NCBI GenBank assembly: GCA_051294375.1
Contig: CM119266.1
Coordinates: forward strand, 11,737,609 to 11,801,608
Length of the DNA: 64,000 bases
Direction of reading: 5' to 3'
Source of the DNA: Paraspadella gotoi
Lineage: Eukaryota; Animalia; Chaetognatha
The translations under genes were made by a program, and so were the position numbers. Positions 15,070-29,700 of this stretch are shown in pieces; the first letter of the stretch is position 1; the number at the start of each line of letters is the position of its first letter. The notes below the pieces were generated by a model that was not told where the DNA came from, searched no databases, and saw nothing but the letters and a program-made list of their open reading frames with translations.

Positions 15070-15649
15070 TAAAAGGTTACAATTTGTACCTCGCCATACA
15101 GATTAATAAAGATTAATCAGCGATACACCGGCTCGATATTGATACGAACCTCGGCCCTCCAAAAAAAACCTGGCTGATTCCACAGACGCACCGCACGGCG
15201 AGGTAAGCGGCCGCGCTGTTGGCGAAGTACGCCAAAGCGTGAGAAACCGCGGCCAACGAGTTGAATAGAAGAAGGGTGACGCGTCGCCCGAACTTGTCCG
15301 ACAGCCAGAGATACATAAACGACCCCAGCCCCATCACGAAGAACAGCAAGCTGGCGAGGTTGGCCACGATGGAAGAGGAGCAAATGAGATTTAGCTCCAA
15401 CATCATCGACCGATTAGTAGAATATTCGGAGACGAGGGAATTATTAACGACGCTCTCGTTGTGGCATACGCGCGCGACGTAGTCCGGAGGGATGTAGACG
15501 GAGAAGGTGACGACGAGGATGTTCATGAGGCTGACGACCGTGTTGAACATGAGGATGAGGAGCGGAACGAGGTTGAATCGACTGTAGCCGATCTCATCCA
15601 CGATGCGTTCGACGTCGTAGAAATCCGTGGAGATTGATGCATGGGTCAT
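13673..15649 (-). CDS. SLC22-family (organic cation/anion transporter-like) MFS transporter
   Basis: Exons 15649-15170, 14958-14199 and 14019-13673 join in frame with GT-AG borders. Motifs: ELNLIC, LSDKFGRR, MPESLRWL, EAFPTDIRS, ETKGVALP. Further 3' exons near 13121-12870 are possible (low confidence). Confidence 0.9.
15017..15037. other. Assembly gap (21 N) within SLC22 intron 1
   Basis: Run of N next to a (GA)n tract. Confidence 0.99.
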
Positions 15650-17219
15650 GATGGCTGTTTCGCTTGAAGAATAAAGTTGAAATTTAGTTCACCATCTGTT
15701 TCGTTATTTTAACGGTGAAAACTTAGCAACGCGAGAGAAAACGGCCGACGACATGAGGGCGTAAAAAAAATAAGCCCTTATATTTGGTTAATTTATTTAT
15801 ATTCAAAGATTTATCGAATAATGAATAATGAACGTTTAATTTAAGGAATTAATTAATTAATTAATTTAAGGAATTGGTCCAGGAAAAAAGTGACTAAGTA
15901 CGTGTATAGTATTGATTTTTTCAACGTGTTAAAACCAGCAGAGAGAGTAAAACAAAATCTTAAAAGCATAAGGATCGTCGCAATCGCCTAAGAAAAATCT
16001 GGATTGACGACAAATTTTGATACTGAAAAAATAAAATTTGAGAAAAAAAAAATAATTTATAAACAGAAAGAAAAATCATATTTTGCGATTGTCAATTAAA
16101 AAAAATAATAAAGTACCGAGGAAAATTAAAGTTACAGTTTCTGAAAAAAAAAGAAAAAAGAAGAAAAAAAAAAAACGAAATAAAAACCCAATGTTGCAAT
16201 AGCAAAATGAATGCGATGCCTAATTTTACGAGTTCAATCCTAATTCATTTTTTTATTAAAAACGCAGAGAGAGAGAGAAGGAGATAAAACAAGAAAGAAA
16301 TCAAAAGGCAGCAGCAGAAGCAGCAGGAGAAAAGAGAGAAAAAGAAAGAGCCCCTGCAGAGCCAGCTGCAGATTTGTTTTTATTTTCCCGATGAATCAGC
16401 ACTGGGCAAAAGAGAGAGAGAGAGAGCTACATATATTTAAAAGAGAAAAGAGAGAGAGAAGGAAACATAAAAATAAAAGAGAGGAAATTTGTTTGTTTTT
16501 ATAAAACGTAAACAAAACATATTTAATAACTGTCCTGACCCAATTTTAAGCACATTGATGATGAGAAGCTGTATATAAATTTTCAGCTTCATAAACCCAA
16601 ATTTAATCATTAAAAAGGCGATCTATAATTTGGAGCGCCGACGACGACAACGACAACGACGACTACGCCACTTATGCGCAAAAGCGTTACAAGATCGTCC
16701 AAACGCAAAGCGATTGCGAAGATAAAAATTACGTAATCCAAAGTTATTTTGAAACGTGACATTTCGTCTGTTTAGCAATTCAAAGTTGGGACAAAAAAGA
16801 AAATGATAAATTATAGAAAGAAAATGCGAGTCAAGAGTTCAGAGATTTACTAGAGATTATATAAGATGTAGATTTAGATTTAGTAAAGATTATATCTGTT
16901 GCCCGAAGAGTACCAGTGTAAAGTTCGTCAATACAATTTTTTTTACTTGAAGCTATTAATCCAAACAGCCTGTTTTAAATTAGCAATATCCTTATTACGG
17001 AGTGAGACAGTAATAGAGAAATAGAAAGAGAATGTTCAGTCAAAACAGTCCGTATTTTATTTCTGTGTACTCTCGTGTCTCTAACTATTGACTAATGCAA
17101 GCGCATCTTCTCGGAAAGCAACGAAAAACGCCAAATTACCCCAAGGTCTTATTTTACTAATTTAATAAAACAATTACATTGTTACGCATTATAAATGGAG
17201 AATTCTAAAGTTCTTCGCT

Positions 17220-17660
17220 TCAATTGATAGATTTTCTAGACGTAACGCGACTCTTTGACTTTAACAAAGTCGTCATCGATTGGCCGATCACGTTGGGTGG
17301 AGTGTAGCTCTTTTTCTTACTGGGAAGAGTATTTTCTATTTTTATGTTCTCCGGCAGAGGGAGGGGATACTGTCGCCACGATTGATCGAGGCTCTGGAAA
17401 TTCTTCCAGTTCTCTTTCGATTGGACGATTTCAGCCTAGGAAGGGACAAGAAAAGACTTGTATTGCGCGAGAGCTCTTTCGTCCCCTCTTTCTCTTTCTA
17501 TTCTGTTCCTTTCCCTCAAAATTTGATACTGTTTATTTCAGTACCTTTTTTCGTTTTTGCTTTTTACCAAATCTCACACTATTTTTTTTCCCTTACTATC
17601 GGATCACATGATAAAAAATGACTAGGAATGGTGGTTAATGTAAGCTTTGTTTTCAAAATG

Positions 17661-17705
<45 letters not shown>

Positions 17706-17706
17706 A

Positions 17707-17793
<87 letters not shown>

Positions 17794-20700
17794 ATCTATC
17801 TCTCTCTGCTACCCCTCCATTTCTCATCTCAATCACCCAAGTTCCCCTCGTCCATCGATGAATATGGTGGTGCTCTTTCTGCTGCTGACGAAAGATGGGG
17901 TGCGGGATATGGTCCACTTTCAGCTCTACACCTTTTGTAGCTCCTGTCTGTGCAGTCAAATCACCCATAGATGATTTGATGGATTTGACCGACAACTGCG
18001 ACGGCCCACTGCAATAAAAAAAATGGTGTTTGTCGTTGTGGGTTAATTAAGCGACGACCCTCGTATAAATAAACTCACTGTTTATATACCCAATGGAAGT
18101 TAGTTAATTTTTCTATTTTTTCCAACATACTTTTCCTGGTCAGACAGAAAGACAGACCGACCGAAGACAAATTTTCATGAATTTATAAATTTATCAACAT
18201 TGTGATAATTGTACTCTTATACCCTTTCGCTGGCCTTCCTCTAGCTATCCTCAGATCTCTTGGTTTCTTTGCGGGCAATTCAACTTCAGCGTGGAGAGTT
18301 TGCTCAAAATCTTTAAACTCTTCGTCGGAATTTTCAAGATTGTCGAAAGACGAAGACGATGACGAAGATGCTTCAGACTTGCGATAAGCCCCCGAGACTT
18401 TGTCTGTAACAATCTATATTATTAGTTTTGGCCTCGGCGAAATATTCTCATACAATTAAACAGTTAAAATGCAGTTAAACTTTACATTTTCATAACATGA
18501 AGCGAATACGTTTTTTACCCGTCCATTCTTGCAAAGCTTTTATTCTGGGGTCTTCGCTGAAGTGACTCGACTTGTTCGCTATCAATTTATTTCTTTCTTT
18601 GTCCTTTTTTCTTTTGGCAATGGCTTCTGACAATCTGCCACCGGCTTAAACAAAAAAAAAAAATTAAAAATAAGTGCTGAATGGCCTATGCGAAGTATGT
18701 TTGAATATGTTACAAAGTATTGCTTGTGTATTCGGAATATCTAACACATCATAGGAGTTTAGCGTTACTTGCCTTGGCTATCGCGAACGAGAGACGATTT
18801 TACTGTAACAGTTGACCTGGCGCTAAAAAAAAAAAAATATTCTTTATTTCCCCTTCTTCATTACTTCTTTTAATAGTATTGAAGAGACAGTAAATATTGA
18901 TAAGTGTTAATGACAAAACCGTTCAATATAAGCAGTCCCTGCGCTTCGGATCAGGCGGTAACACCATGTTACAGGCGGGTTAAGCGCCGCGTCCCTCTTA
19001 ACCGTCAAACGACCACCGGGCTAGAACCCCGGACCTTTGGGTTGGGAGGCGAATGACTTGCCTCCGGCACCAATGGCCGCTGATGAACGGTCGGTGGATT
19101 TTAGTCCACCATAGTATTTTCTTTTACCCAGAAGGATCAGGCGTCATCGTCATCGTCATCCGCCGGAGAGAACTCTCTTCCTTCGTCGTCATGAGGCCGG
19201 GGAACCAGAGCTTCAGCAGGAGCTTGCACCAGTGAGAGTAGCTAGAGCGGTGGGCTCGTTCGCAGCAGGCGCGGTGTTTACGCAGCGTCCTGGAAGGCCG
19301 GTCTCGCTTGCCCTTCGACGATTGTGTTTATGAGAAATACTACGGTCATAATACGGTTTTAATTAAAAAGAAAAAAAATTTAAGAAAAACAATAAAACTA
19401 CGTATGAATAAATTTGATGAGACAAAGCTACCAAAAAAAAATGTGTATTGTAGATTTTTTAAAAAAAAATTTTCATCATGTCACCTGTAGCATGTCCCAG
19501 TATGCGTAGAGGACTTCGGCGCGCGGTTTCATGAAAGGATTTTTAGCGGCCAAAACTTGGATGTATTTCAAATAACTAGTCAAATCCGCTTTGCTCGAGG
19601 CAATTTTTTCCTGCGAGAGTTCTTATTTGTACAATGTATATATAATCAGAAAAAAATAAATAATCAGTTTACTTGATCTTTCTCGACGAGCAAGTAGCAA
19701 TGATCGATGAGTTTGTACTCGAAAAAGAGAAGGAGACCCAAGAGAGTGGTGATTGTGTGAAGGGTCTTAGGTGCCGTGGCGACGGCGATGTAGGCGTAGA
19801 GAGTGGCCGCGCTTCGATCGCCCAGTCGAATCTTGTAGAGGCAGAGCGCAGAGAACTGCGAGAGTGGGGAGATGGGATGGCAAGTAAGTTAGATTTAACA
19901 GTTCCAAGCACGAAACTACCTCATAAATTAATATTAACATACACTTGGTACAGGCCAGAAGAAATATTTCTATTGCCAAAATATACATATGTACCAATTT
20001 TATACATTTCTACAAGATTGGCAGAGAAATATGGAAACGCTACTCAAGAAACTGATAAATTTTTTTCAGTTTTTACTCGGATCTGCTTATCAGTAGATTC
20101 ATCCTCTATAATTCACTTTGTCGGTCCGTCGGTCCGCCCCCACAATCTTGTCGGTCATTCGCTTAAATCATGTCATGTCCGTCCGTCTGTCTATCTGTCT
20201 GTAGGTCCGTCCGTCCCCCTTTATCATTAAACTTCAATTACTCGTGATTGATGGATGAATTGAATTAAAATTTTGTGTGTTGGTAGGAAAGTGTGTGATT
20301 GAGTTGAATATAAAGTTTCGATGGAATCGTTTGAGTTTAAATAGAAAAAACAAAAGTCATATTTACCTTAACATTTTTACTTATAATTATGTATCATTTA
20401 GCTCGCTATAAATTTTCGATGGAATAGTGCAAGTAAAAATGAATTTTAATAGAAAAAACAAAACTGAATTTTATTCAAGTCTCCATCTCTCTCTCTTAAA
20501 TTATGCAAGTTGACTAAATTATGCCAGTTGACCAAATATGCCAGTTGTCCAAATTATGCAATTATCGCTTAATTATCGTATGCTCGAACTTGTTGTTATT
20601 ATCTTTAATTTTTATTAGAAATATTGGAAATCCTTGCTCTTAAAGTTTTGGGAAGGGCCCCAGTTTTTTAAAAAACTCCCTTTTCCATTTTACACCTGTA

Positions 20701-23700
20701 AAAAGGCGACTATGGACTCAGTGCTGCGCTTCATCCCCAACCCGTTGACTGTCTCCGCCAGCGTTATCAAATCCATGTTGCCAATTGGTAGACCCAACGT
20801 CAGGCGACTTAACAGTGCCATTATGCAGTAGACGCAGAGCAAAAGGACGTCCTTGCGAGCGATGTAGCACATGTAAAGTTTTCCCATTAGGTCGTCAAGT
20901 TGATCAGCGTCCCCAGCCTCCAAAGCGTAATAACACACGCGTCCCATGAAGAGAACCAAGTCCCCCGTCATCACGTGACAACTTCTTAAGATGCCCGACA
21001 TCTGTATGGCAACCTACGGTCACACAGTAAGAAGCCATTGTTTTGGAAAAGCTCAGTCAACGTTATGAAAAGCTTTTATCGTTCAGTTTTTCAATGTAGT
21101 GAAAAATAAACTGAATCTATCTTGAAAATAAACAAGTTTGAGCAAACAATGTCGGATCTGCCCACGATCATTATCGGTAATTAATTAATTAATAATTAAT
21201 TAATAATTAATTCAAGTTAATTAATTATTTAATTAATTAATAATTAATTTATTCAAGTTAATTATTTAATTAATTAGGCAATTAGTTAATTAATTTGATC
21301 AGAAATGTTTGTTTTGATTGATTAATTGACTGATTAATTAATTAACTGACTAATTGATTAATTAACTGATTAATTATTTGATTAATTAATACATCTTGCA
21401 TTTGCATTTAAAATAAAAAGAAAAAGAAGCATAATCAATTAGTGAAATAGGTTCTTTGTTTTTTCCATTTAAACTCATTTCCACTCAAACGATTCCATCG
21501 AAACTTGATTTCCAGTTTAATCACACACTTTTTTACCCAAATACAAAATTTCAAGTCAATCGCCCCATCCATTCATGAGTAATTGGTGTTCAAATAGTGA
21601 AATTTATTTTTTTTATTTTTTCCATTTAAACTCATTTCCACTCAGACGATTCCATCGAAACTTCATATACAGCTCAATCACACACTTCCCTACCCACACA
21701 CAAAATTTCATTCCAATCCATCCATCCAATCACGAGTAATTGGACAGACAGACGGACGGACGGATGGACGGACGGATGGACGGACGGACGGACGGACGGA
21801 TGGACAGACAGACGAACGAACGGACGTCTTTTTTTTGCATAATTTATCATTATTCGATGTTCTGACATAAGTGAATGCCCGACAATATTGAGGGGGCGGA
21901 CCGACGGACCGACAAAGTGAATTATAGAGTCGGGATCTGCTTATAGCAGATCCGACTAAAAACTTCCTGAGTTATATGCAGTGATTACGCAAACTTTTCA
22001 CCAGAACAAACCTTAAAAGCACGATCACACCGATTCGCAGATAAGTGAAAGTCAAAAGCCATTGTTGCGATTCGTGCGATTATTATCTGTAACAATTCAA
22101 CAAAATTTGTATTAAGAATCATGAAAATATGGCCATATTTTTTATTTTTTATAAATATAGATAGTGCTAACCTCGTCTGAATCAAAAATTTTATAATGCT
22201 TCTTCTTTGTTTTAAATTCTTATAAGCACAAAGTTACAAATCAAATCCAATTTTTCAAAAAAATGTTTTATTTGAAGAGACAGTGTTAATTGTTATGTGT
22301 TAGTGACAGAACCGTTCAATATAAGCAGTCCCTGAGCTTCGGATCATGTTGTAACACCATGTTACAGGCGGGTTAAGCGCCCGGTCCCTCTTAACTGCTA
22401 GGGGGCCACCGGGTTAGAACCCCGGACCTTTGGGTAAGGATGCAAATGACATTCCTCCGGCACCAATGGCCGCTGATGAACGGTTTGTGGATTTTAGTCC
22501 ACCATATATTAAGCTTTGAAAAATTGAAATTTTTTTATTCTAAGCCATCGATTTGTAAGTTATTCAGTTATTGCAGAATTATCTGATGAATAATGCTTTT
22601 TATTTTAACATTTGCATTTAACTATTATTTTTTCGGGAGACAGGACAAATGAGTACTAGAGGGATCATTCACACTCCACACGAACTTTTTATAACTAATG
22701 GTGATTAAGCACGATATAAAATATTTAACAATATCGCCCCTTTATTACTAATCATTAGTCAACCTACTCTATGATTGATTGGATCCGCGCTGAGTTTGGT
22801 AATCTTTGGATTAACCATAATGTAATCGGTGATGAGGATGAGTGCTCGGTGTTCATAAAGCTCTAAAGTTTTGTTACGTTTTTTGTCTGTGGAGACGGCG
22901 CGGCAAGATTCAACGACCATCAAATAGCTGAGGGCCACCTTTAAAGAGAGAAAAGAAAGAGTGATGGGGAAAAAAGCTTGAATATGCTTTGCGCTTGGCA
23001 AAGTTACTTTGTATAAAACTCCCATCCTAAAGGTGTTTGATAGCATCAATTGGGAAGCCCAGACGGCGTCCAAATTTCTGTCTACGGCGTGAAGGGAGAT
23101 TCTTTGCAGCCACAACCATTGAAACTGTTTATCAAGGAGATCAAACTCCTTTTGATCCTTCGTTGCCATCCCAAAGAATTTGTCCGTATTTTTTTCCTCG
23201 ACCTGACGTCTTTGCTTTATTTTCTTTAAAAAATAAAATTTATCAATAATGATGATAGTTTCATAAACAATGAACAATTTGACCAAGCATATGAAAAGTT
23301 AATCCCTTAGTTGAAAGAAAAAATATTGAGGCGAACCTTTCGCATCTCGTAGTACTCTCCGTCCAGCGGCAGCTTCCATCTGCTGCCAACCCGCAACAGT
23401 ACATCCAGCGCCACATCAGGCTTCCCTGCAGACACTTGACAATGACCCAGCATCTCGTCGATGCTGTGGTTCTCCATCACGCTGATAGTCTCTAGCTCTT
23501 CTTGATCTTGAAGGCTCTTGGCCTCCAAGATAAACTGCTCTGCTACAAGGTAACGTCCCATTTCGAAATTTGCGCAAGCGCAGTGGAGCATCGCCGTCAG
23601 GCACAGGCGGTAATCCTTTGCGACGCGTCGGTGAAAGATTACCTAAAAAGGAACAAAAAAGAGTTAAATGATGATAGGTCCTAATTAAATTAATAATAAT

Positions 23701-26700
23701 AATATATTATAGCGACGTTGGAAAAGGAGACTATGTTTAACATAATATAAACATTTATTACGATGTACAATGTGAGAATAGTTCATAACAATGAAAGGTT
23801 TATTAGAGAGAGAATATCGTCCAACGGTGTCAACTTATAAGGAGGAGAGCATGAGTCAGAAAGAGAGAGAAAGAGAGAAGAAACGTCGGTCATATCAAGT
23901 GACCCAACCGGGACGAAAAGGCCGGTCGAATCGTCGACCATAGTCGTCGTCGACCGCTCCTCCACACATCCCCCGCCAAGCCACGGTAACGCGAGTTGGC
24001 GTGGGTGACCCAATCTTCGTGGAGGACGGGAAATGCGCGTTTTTCTCTCTGATGCCAAGGTTGACGTCTCCAATGGAATTGTCGCCATTGATTTCTGTAG
24101 TGTGGCTCGTAGGGCATTTCTTGTTCATGAATTGACTTAAAGTCCATGAGACGAGGAATCGGAAAACGTCTTGGTCGCCACGGGCGTCGGACATTGGATT
24201 GGCGGCGGTGAGGTGGCAAGTAAGGTTTTGACTTGAGTGTCGCTATATCCACTGAGAGGGCGTCAATTTGTGCACTGAGAGAGCAGACTCTTTCGCAAAT
24301 TGAGTCAAATTGAGAATTTGAAACAGTAGATGGCAAAGGAGATTGAGAAGATGAAGGAGATTGAAAACAACGCTGACAGCGTCGCAAAATCAATGTCATC
24401 CTCGTCAGCGTAGAAGGTTTTGTCATTCTCACTAGGCACTTTGTTGTCATTGTCATCTGTGATAGTAAGAATGGGTTGTCATTAAATCGACTGTCTGATT
24501 GCTGCTATCACACGAGGTAAAGAGCAGTCTGCGTCGAGGTGTCCGGTTTTGTAATGGAATCTGTCTGGATTCGCTGATTCCGTTAAATCGGGCCAATATT
24601 TGAACAGCGGCGTTTTTTCATTATTTTTTGGGGGTAGCTTCAACAGGTCGAAGTTGTCCTATTCTTTCAGAAAACGCACTTGGAGTCTTCCTCCATTTCC
24701 AAAATGCAACCTTAAAATCTTGGATTTGAGTTGAAGAAGAACAACGTTTTTGTACTCAAATTTGAAGAGCTGGTTTGAAATGGGATTGGGAAATTGTACT
24801 CTTCAGGAGTAGCCGGCATCCGTGATTGTAAATGATAGGTTGGGCCAAACCAGTGGTCATGTCTTTAAAGAGTCGTATTACTCCGCTGTTCGTATTTGTT
24901 AATATGGGAGATTGAAACTGCATCGGCAAAAAATATTTCTTCTGTTTGTAGGAGGAGGCAGAGTAAAAAGTTTCTGGCTGCGTTTTCAAAATTAAAGTCG
25001 GTGACAAAGGAGGCCATTTTCGTATCTTAGTTTAATTTCAAATTTTGTTTTTATTAGCCAAGAGAAAGAAGGCCCATTAGAAATTGTCGTTTTTATTTGT
25101 TTTTTTTTTAAGAGCGAGGGAATTAAAGAATCACAAATAAGTTTGTTCCATGTGAGAAGGCTGCGATTTTCTTTTTTAGTTGGGCTCACCATATAGCGAC
25201 GTTGGAAAAGGAGACTATGTTTAACATAATATACATTTATTACGATGTACAATGTGAGAATAGGTCATAACAATGAAAGGTTAACGGTGTCAACTTTATA
25301 AGGAGGAGAGCATGAGTCAGAAAGAGAGAGAAAGAGAGAGAAACGTCGTCATATCAAGTGACCCAACGGGACGAAAAGGCCGGTCGAATTCGTCGCACCA
25401 TAAAGTCGTCGTCGACCGTCCTCCACAATATTAATAATTTATAATTTCTTTGCATAAGAATTTGAATTAAACCTGGGGTAGATTGTATAAGGCCTCGTCG
25501 CAGTAGCAAATGTTGCGGTTCATCTCGATCCAGGATTCAACTTCATCCACATTAGGTTCAAACTGTTCAAAGAAAAAATATCCGGAATTTGTTGATATCA
25601 TTTGCTTGACAATTTGTTCCCTATTATTAATTTTCGCAGTTTTTTTTATATCTTTTTGACTGAAATAATTTTATTAACCCTAGTCGATGACGTTGAACAA
25701 ATTTTACTCATACCTCATGAATCTGATTGATTGATAGATTGATTGATTGATTGATTTGCGTCAACGCATTAATGCCACTTGTACTTAGGTTTTGTTTTTT
25801 TTTATGTTGATTCTACTTTATAATCTTATTCTGTTTAATAAATAACCATCGCTAAACACTGGGACAAAGAAACAATGAAAGGCCGAATGACCTAGTTTGT
25901 ATGTCCGTATTGTTATATTTGTACTTATATTCGCGAATAAATTGTAAAAACAGCAAGAGCTGAAGGGACTAACCTGTTCCAAAATGTCGGCAATGGACTC
26001 GTCGCTGGAATTGATCTTCTTCTTGGGCACATATTGGAAGTTAACTCGGCTGAGAGATCTTAGGGTCGATTCGGGGATGACTAGCAACGTTCCGGTAACA
26101 AGGAGCGCCGTAGTTCGGACCGAATTGTAAGGCATGCATTGGAAGCCCTTGACGTAGACCAAAGGATGGATCAAAGGACCGCAGTATCTGACAGAGAAGG
26201 TAATGTTAACAGGTCAGGTAAAACTTTTAAAGTAGAAAAATGTGGTTATACGCTCAAAATTACTTCAGTAAACAATGAATTTTAAGATTATTGTACAGTG
26301 TACACGGATTTCAAATCAAAGTGAAATGAAAAGATCAAATACTGTGGCTAAATAATTTGTTATAGCAACTTCATAGTTTGCAAACTGGTAAAAAAAACGC
26401 TGACGTTTTTTATTTTCCAACTCCCAGTAGTCCAATTTGCTTACTTTCTTAATAATGAGTTCATCAATGGCATGGTCGAATTTCAAAAAATTTGAAAATA
26501 TGTTACCTCACTAAACCTTGAAATATATGATAATTTTTTTAATAAATAATGAATGTAAAATAAATTATAATATTCGTCTGAATTTTATTCACAATGAGTT
26601 TGAAATTAAATTATCAAATAAGAAATTCTCCAAAAGAAGGTCCTGTAAAGCAAGCGCACCAGTTATGATGTAAAGTAATCTCAATTTGTTATATAGGAAC

Positions 26701-29700
26701 ATAAACGTCAGGGATTCTTATAACTAATGAAATGATCAAATATCAATCAAATTGAATCAGTTCAGAGAAACAGGACTCTTAATCCCGGGGTCGTGGGTTC
26801 AAGCCCCACATTGGGCGCCACCCTGAAATAAGTATCTCTCTCAAGTAAAAACCAAGTAATCAAGTTAAGGCGTATATTGAGAAAAAAGATGATCGAAAAA
26901 TAATAATAAACAGAGGAACAGAAATATACGTCTGAACGGGAGAGAGAGAGAATAGAAAAAGTGAAATGTAGAATGGAAAAATCTCGTGGCTGCGCGGAAC
27001 CCCCGATCGAAAAAGGGGGAGTAAGCGAAACGGGAGGAAGAAGAAGATCTGCGCGACTCCTCCTCCTCTTCACGCAAATCTTTTCATTTCACTCCGATTT
27101 GAAAATCCGTGTAGGTATATAAAATTCCAGACTCACCCAAATTCGGGGTGGAACTGAAAAAAAGGCTCCCTGTTCCTAATTGAGCATCGTAAGGTCAACT
27201 TGGTATTTTCAATGAAGTCGGCTGCCTCGCGATGGCGCTTGGTCGCTACTGTCGTTGTCAGTACCTTTGAGTGAATTAATAGAAAATTCTAATCGGGAAA
27301 GGCAATGAAATCGATTTGGCCGTAATAAATATTTAAACGACTTCGGAACAAAGTCAAATTGAGCGCATCACACCTTGTAAGCCTCCTCTGCAAGAATGGG
27401 GTGGCAGAAAAAGAGGTATTCACAGGCGGAAGTGTCGAAATAACCGTTCCGGTTGCAACGACAAACCGGATTGGGACACTTGTAGCCTAGAATGATTGAT
27501 TTATGTAATTTAAACGTTACATTAATATAAAAATGTGAACGTTCATGCAAATAAATAAAAAATAAATTATGAGTGACTAATTTAAAAGTAAATTCCAAAA
27601 AAAATAGAAATATTCCAGAACAAGTTTTGAATCCTAATAAATACGATTTCATGCATATTGTGTCTTTTTAATAGAATCAGTCATTTGATTCACCTTCAAC
27701 AGTGGCGCGGGCGCAGCTAAAGAGTCTCAGTTCAAACAGCTTCCTGATGCATTGTTTGTAGGCCTCCTTGTCTTTGTTGGGAAAGACCTCTTGAAGGAGA
27801 GGCTTTTGGAAAGCTGCGACTCCCAACACCGCCGCTGATTTGATGATCAATTGCTCCGTCTCGTCTATGTTGTCGAGGATGGAGACGGCCATCTCGCGGA
27901 TTGCTGTCGGGACCACAAAATGTACAAGGTCCACTTCCTGATTGGAATAGATTTAGGATACTGAAAGAGAGTGGTGGCGTAGAAAGATGGTAGCTTGTCC
28001 GAATTTAATCAGAGACCACGTTTTATTTTGCTTGACTCTCTCGATCTTGATTTTAACAACTTCATTATTTGACTGTTTCTGTTACCCTTGTTCTCAACCC
28101 CTTTTAAAAACCTCACCTTTTCGACGATGCACATGTAAAGCTTTGTTGGATCCATAGAGTGATCATCGGGTCTTCGTTGGAGAAAACTTACATCCTCTTC
28201 ATTGTAGTTCTCAATTTCTAGGGACTGGACGTCGGTGGAGATCATCCCCAGAGACACCTCAAGCAGCTTGCGGCGCATCTCTCGCATGATCCTCTGCTCT
28301 TCATGCTGCCCGCCCGTCGGGTATAAGCGAATCAATGATCTCTTTCGCTTGTGGAGATCGAATTCTACAGTGTGGGTAAGGAAAGCATTGATATTGAAAG
28401 CTTAGGGGGTTGCTTTTTTATCTCTTTACTATGAAAAAAAAGTAAGAAAATGGAAGTTTACAAAATGCTTAAATGTAAGGTCCTATTTAAAAGCAAAAAT
28501 GTCAAAAATACGTTTATATTGAAGAGCCACATTGTTTCGTTTAATCGCGATTGCAATCGTCCCTCACCATCATCTCTCAACTTTTTCAAAGATGGGAACT
28601 GCTGCATCAAGATTCCAATGCATCTTTCAGTCGAGATTCCTGGAAAACTTTCCATCATTTTCTTCGCCTTCTCCACTTCACTCGGATTCAGGGGGATTTC
28701 GACGACCTATATTGATAAATGATGTTATCGAAAAATGTTAAAAAAGAAATAAAACAAAGAAATATTTTAATCAGCATCATTTTTTTGGGTTATTATTAAT
28801 ATTGACTAAGAATCATTCCGTAGACATCTCACTTTGATCTTCATGGAACTGCGCATCTCTTCGATGAGCATGTGGAGCAACAAAGGATTCCCGTCGGTCA
28901 CGCTGCGGATCACGCGTGTTAACGCAATGGGGATCGTCATGGTGCATAGAATTTGATTAGCTGGTAGAGAAAGCAATGGGAAAGCGGGATGAAGAAATAT
29001 TGGATGGGTGAATTCAGTGAATCAAGCCGTTTTTGCATATAATCTTTCCATTAATTGCATCGCATGTCGTTTAGTTTCTGTATTTTCTCACCCAGGAAGA
29101 CGACGTCGTTTCGTGAGAGTTTATTGAGAACGTAACGAGAAACCCAAGGATCCTGTGAATGAAGTAATGCATTGTGCATAAATCATCGTAAAACTCCAAC
29201 ATAAAAAGTTTCACCACCTTCGGCCATTTCTACCTGTTGCAATGAAAGGCAACCGCCGAATGATGCCATGTCTTTCCTCAATGTCCGGAAGGCCAAGACG
29301 CAAAAAGTGGTTGGTCCTCGCCCGAGCGCCACCACGCATCGCCACGATGCCGAGTCCAGGTACTGGGCGTCGTCGATGATGAAGATGTGAGGACGGTCGC
29401 GCCCGATGCGGCTGCCGATACACTGAAGACACGCTTCGACGTAACGGGGGTTTATCTTGGGTTTGAATGAAGAGAGAAAGGTAAGTGAGCCAAACAGCAC
29501 AGTAAAATCCGCGGGAGGAGCGGTAACTAATCCCTCGAGCGTTGTGGCAATATTCGGCTGACTGAATGAAAAAAAATATTTAATAATAATAATAATATTT
29601 ATCTAATAATATTAGGTATTTAATTTATTGATATAATTTATTAATATTTAAGATCTAATAGGATTTCCTCTGTTTCACATATTAAAATGTATTAAGGAGT

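Noticed and set aside
19080-19110. CTGATGA in family A as a hammerhead or C-box
   Set aside because: There is no correctly placed GAAA, the motif is part of the TGAACGG inverted repeat, and it is mutated in copy 3.
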